This document shows, in pieces, positions 60,616 through 64,000 of a stretch of DNA of 64,000 bases; the stretch's first letter is position 1; every line of letters begins with the position of its first letter. The stretch is taken from assembly GCA_030264375.1 (NCBI GenBank), contig JASCQW010000099.1, forward strand, positions 49,225,740 to 49,289,739, written 5' to 3'. The notes beneath the pieces are model-generated. The model had not been told where the DNA came from. It did not search any database and was given only the letters and a program-made list of their open reading frames with translations. Origin of the DNA: Carcharhinus longimanus. Taxonomy: Eukaryota. The position numbers were made by a program, and so were the translations under genes.

Positions 60616-61485
60616 TGTCTTTGTGTTCAATTTCCTTTTGAAAGTTATTACTGAATCTGCTTCTACCATCCTTTCAGACAGCGCATTCCAAGTCACAAGC
60701 ACAAGGTTTTACACAGCATAAAAGTCTCCCCTTCAATTGTCTCTTGTCCTTTTGACAATTAATGTGATACTAAGCACTCTCACAAAGCCAGATGGTTCCA
60801 GCTTCAATCCTGAGTCTGTACTGAACCATCTGAGCTAAACTAAGGCAGGACTGGAACATAATCGTTGACCACAACACTACTAGCCTTGGAGGAAAGAAAA
60901 CCTGGCCATCCTGCCTGCTCCTGATCGTGGTCCAATGATTCCTACTTGGATGTGCACAAGCGTGGGAATGATGGGATCAAACTTCATGTGTTGCTCCTAT
61001 CCTATGGACAAAAATCCGATGAACAAACACTGTTAAGCGGGACAAACTGCTGTTAAGCTGAAGTGCTGGTGCTACTTATCATTTACGAAAACTTGTCACA
61101 GCAAGAGTGAACACATTCACAGTGGGTAATGGGAGGAAGTGGTACACATGTTGAAAGACTAGGAAACTCTGTGACATCGAGACAATTTCAATCTCAGTTT
61201 TACTGAGTATTTGCATGCAGAGAGCAGAGCAAGGTTACTATCAAGTGAACACAGAGAGACTCATGGAGTAGAGAAGCAGGATATTGTCAGGAAGAGTTAT
61301 CTACAGAGGCCTAGAGGTGCCCCAGGAGAAAGGGTACCAAGGAGTCTCTTCTCTGGACTGTGTTTCTTTGCCTCCCAGTGACGAATTTGCAGCATGCCGG
61401 CAACATAGGACTAGCCTGCTAACACACACTGTGATTGACCAAAGGTTAGGATCGGCATGAGAAGATTGCAGGGAACATGGAAACA

Positions 61486-61817
61486 ATCTCACAACACCAG
61501 GTTAAAGTCCCACAGGTTTATTTGGTAGCACGAGCTTTCGGAGTGTTGCCCCTTCATCAGGTGACTCTCACGAGGAGAACAATCTTAAAGTTAAAGCTGT
61601 GCTATTTAGGAATGAAATCAGGAAAGAGTTATTTCAAATAATTGGTGGAAATCTATAATTTTTATCCCCACCCACCTCTTTGCGAAAATCCTGAACGTTG
61701 AAGAGGCAACACTCCAAAGGCTCGTGCTACTAAATAAACCTATGGGACTTTAACCTGGTGTTGAGAGACTATTTACTGTGCCTACCCCAGTCCAACGCTG
61801 GCAACTCCACATCATTA
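61486..61817. mobile_element. Palindromic Penelope-end element (family 1) with captured 130 bp insert
   Basis: Arms ~61486-61566 and ~61699-61769 plus end ...caactccacatca; flanking near-duplication GAACATGGAAACA (61473-61485) and GAACATTGAAACA (61818-61830). Confidence 0.85.
61529..61563 (-). ncRNA. Minimal type I hammerhead ribozyme motif
   Basis: Minus strand CAC-CTGATGA-A-GGGG-CAACA-CTCC-GAA-AGCT-C-GTG: stem I CAC/GTG, both conserved boxes, 4 bp stem II, palindromic AGCT stem III, CUC cleavage triplet. Confidence 0.7.
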
Positions 61818-62144
61818 GAACATTGAAACAGGAGGCCATTCAACCCTTTGAGTCTGTCTGCCCTTCAGTAAGATCATTGTTGAATTGTACCTCAAACTCC
61901 ACTTTTCCAACTTTGCCCTTTCATTGATACCTTCACCTAGTTGAAGTATATAAATCTCAGCCTTAAACTTTCAATCAACGTTCAGGCCTTTCGCGAAGAG
62001 GTGGGTGGGGATAAAAATTATAGATTTCCACCACTTGTTTGAAATAACTCTTTCCTGATTTCATTCCTAAATAGCCCAGCTTTAACTTTAAGATTGTTCT
62101 CCTCATTCTGGATTCCCTGACCAGAGGAAAAAATTTCTTTTAAC

Positions 62145-62290
62145 TGTGTCTCAGGTGGGAGCACATTTACCTTTGAGTCAAAAGGTTTCTGGTTCAAATC
62201 TCACTCCAGCAACTTGACCATTAACAAGGTAGACTGATACTCCAGCACAGTACTGAGGGATTGCTGTATTGTTGGGGTTGTCATCTTTAG
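62145..62290 (+). mobile_element. SacSINE1-like DeuSINE head fragment
   Basis: ctttgagtcaaaaggtttctggttcaaatctcactccag...cagtactgagggattgctgtattgttgggg. Confidence 0.65.
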
Positions 62291-62291
62291 G

Positions 62292-62625
62292 CATAGTTGG
62301 AATGTCACTGGGCTAGTAAAGACCCAAGGTAACTAATGTTCTGGGAACACGGGTTCAAATGTCACCATGGCAGCTAATAGAACTTGAATTCAATTAATAA
62401 ATATCTGGAACTGGAAACAAATTCCAGTCATGGTGACATTGAAACTATGATTGGTTATTGTAAATAGCCAGCAGATTCACTAATATCCTTTAGAAAGGAA
62501 ATCTGCCATCCTTACCTGACCTGGCCTCCAGATCCACAGTAATATGAAATAGCCTAAGAAGCCAATTGGCTCAAGGACAAATAGGGATGGGTAACAAATG
62601 GTGGCTTTGAAAGAATAAACAAATA
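62292..62625 (+). mobile_element. tRNA-derived SINE (same family as 40395-40740)
   Basis: ggaatgtcactgggctagtaa...gggttcaaatgtcaccatggcag...agggatgggtaacaaat...aataaa. Confidence 0.7.
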
Positions 62626-62859
62626 AATCTACCCTATCATTTTAAACACTTCAATCACATCCAAGCAAACAACATACACCATACTTACATAAAGGAATAT
62701 GTTATAATCCACATAAGAACTCCAGGAACTCTGGTCTTGAACTCTTGGATCCTGCACTCGCACAGTGATGAATTCCTACCAAACACAACGTTTCATCTTA
62801 AACTCATCAGAAACTGAATGACTTTGCAAAGCTACTTCCCCCTCTGATACATCACCCAT

Positions 62860-63270
62860 TCCTGCCCCAGCCTTAGCTCATCTGCTGTGAAGCCATCTTC
62901 CAAGTCTTTACTAGTTCCAAACTCCCTTATTCCAATGCACCTCTGGCTGGTTTGATGCCCTCTTTAGTCTTGAACTCATCCAAAACTCTGCTGCCTGAAT
63001 CCTAACTCAAACTATCTCAGTCTCCCATTATCCCTGTGCTCACTGACCATTGCTGGCTCAGAGTCGGGCAAAATTCTCATTGTTGTTTTCAAACAGCCCC
63101 TTGGCCTTTAACACCGTATTTCTTTAATTTCCTCCAACTCCCAGCCCCACAGCTCTGATTTCTCAGTCCTCCATCACTCCTGTCTTTTTCTGTATTCTTG
63201 ATTTCCATCACCCAACTACAGGTGGCTGGTCGTTTCTTCAGCTATTTGGGCCAAAGCTCTGTAATTCAAT
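62860..63270 (+). mobile_element. L2 LINE 3' coding fragment
   Basis: YSNAPLAG..LIQNSAA*IL..PIIPVLTDHCWL, the same region as 7199-7525. Confidence 0.7.
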
Positions 63271-63737
63271 CACTAATCCACTAAAACTGCATGCAATTAT
63301 GGAAGGATGCAGACTCTAAGTGCATACAGTTTTAGTTTAGGCAGGCATCATGGCCAGCGCAGGCTTAGAAAGCTGAAGGGATCCTTCCTGTGCTGTACTG
63401 TTGCTCATTCAATATTCTATACCCCACTAATATTTAAATATGCTAATCTTGTTGCAGCCCTCTCTGGATGCACACCAGATAACATCCGTGAGGGGGTTCT
63501 TTCTTACTGGTGCTAAATGGCACCAGAGCAGTTAATACTTAGATTTTTCCCACTCTCCCAATGCACAAATATTTTATTGTCCCTTTCTGGGTCAAACAAG
63601 ATTGGGAATTTGAACCATAGAATATCACAAACACAAACATAGCAAATGCTGTATACATTCTATCAGCTTGCCAGATAAATGCACTCTCACCACAGGTAAG
63701 AGATGATCACTTGCATGGGTGCACAAGTCTTGCTATA

Positions 63738-64000
63738 ATGGCATGGTGGTCCACTGGTTAGCATTGCTGTGTCACAGCGCCAGAAACCTGGGTTCGATTC
63801 CTGGCTTGGCTCACTGTGTGTGAAGTTTGGATGTTCTCCTCATGTCTGCATGGTTTTTTCTGGGTGCTCCAATTTCCTCCCACAGTCTTAAGGACGTGCT
63901 CGTTAGGTACATGGACCCAAACAGGTACCAGAGTGTGGCGACTAGGGGAATTTCACAGCAACTTCATTGCAGTGTTAATGTAAGCCTTACTTGTGACACT
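63738..64000 (+). mobile_element. HE1-like V-SINE, tail type B
   Basis: ggcatggtggtccactggttagcattgctg...gtggcgactaggggaatttcacagcaacttcattgcagtgttaatgtaagccttacttgtgacact. Confidence 0.9.

Noticed and set aside
39214-64000. BATF3, expected downstream of ATF3 from mammalian synteny
   Set aside because: I saw no second bZIP basic-region exon on either strand; it may lie outside the window, so absence is not claimed.

Overview
Vertebrate genomic DNA, almost certainly from a shark or other elasmobranch (dense HE1-type V-SINEs, SacSINE1-like DeuSINEs, Rex1, CR1, L2, RTE, Gypsy and Penelope relics; several N gaps). Two host genes are readable, both on the + strand. (1) A complete ATF3 gene: TATA promoter near 18.3-18.4 kb, non-coding exon 1, a ~16 kb first intron, coding exons 34532-34762, 34940-35047 and 39016-39213 (178 aa), and AATAAA at 39806. 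(2) The CpG-island promoter and first coding exon (47997-48112) of an SRSF11/SREK1-family SR splicing factor whose later exons I could not find in the window. Nearly all ORFs in the supplied track are spurious or transposon fragments. Most worth a second look: short palindromic Penelope-end elements carrying minimal hammerhead-ribozyme cores, one of which has copied 130 bp of neighbouring DNA into its loop; a ~300 bp inverted repeat bracketing the last (leucine-zipper) exon of ATF3; a 33 bp-phased PBX/MEIS-decamer plus GC-box array in the SR-gene promoter; the unexpected position of that SR gene next to ATF3; a doubled amino-acid-response element in the ATF3 promoter; and repeated locally templated insertions at transposon junctions. 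All alignments and family calls were made by eye from recalled consensus features; no database searches were run, and repeat boundaries are approximate.
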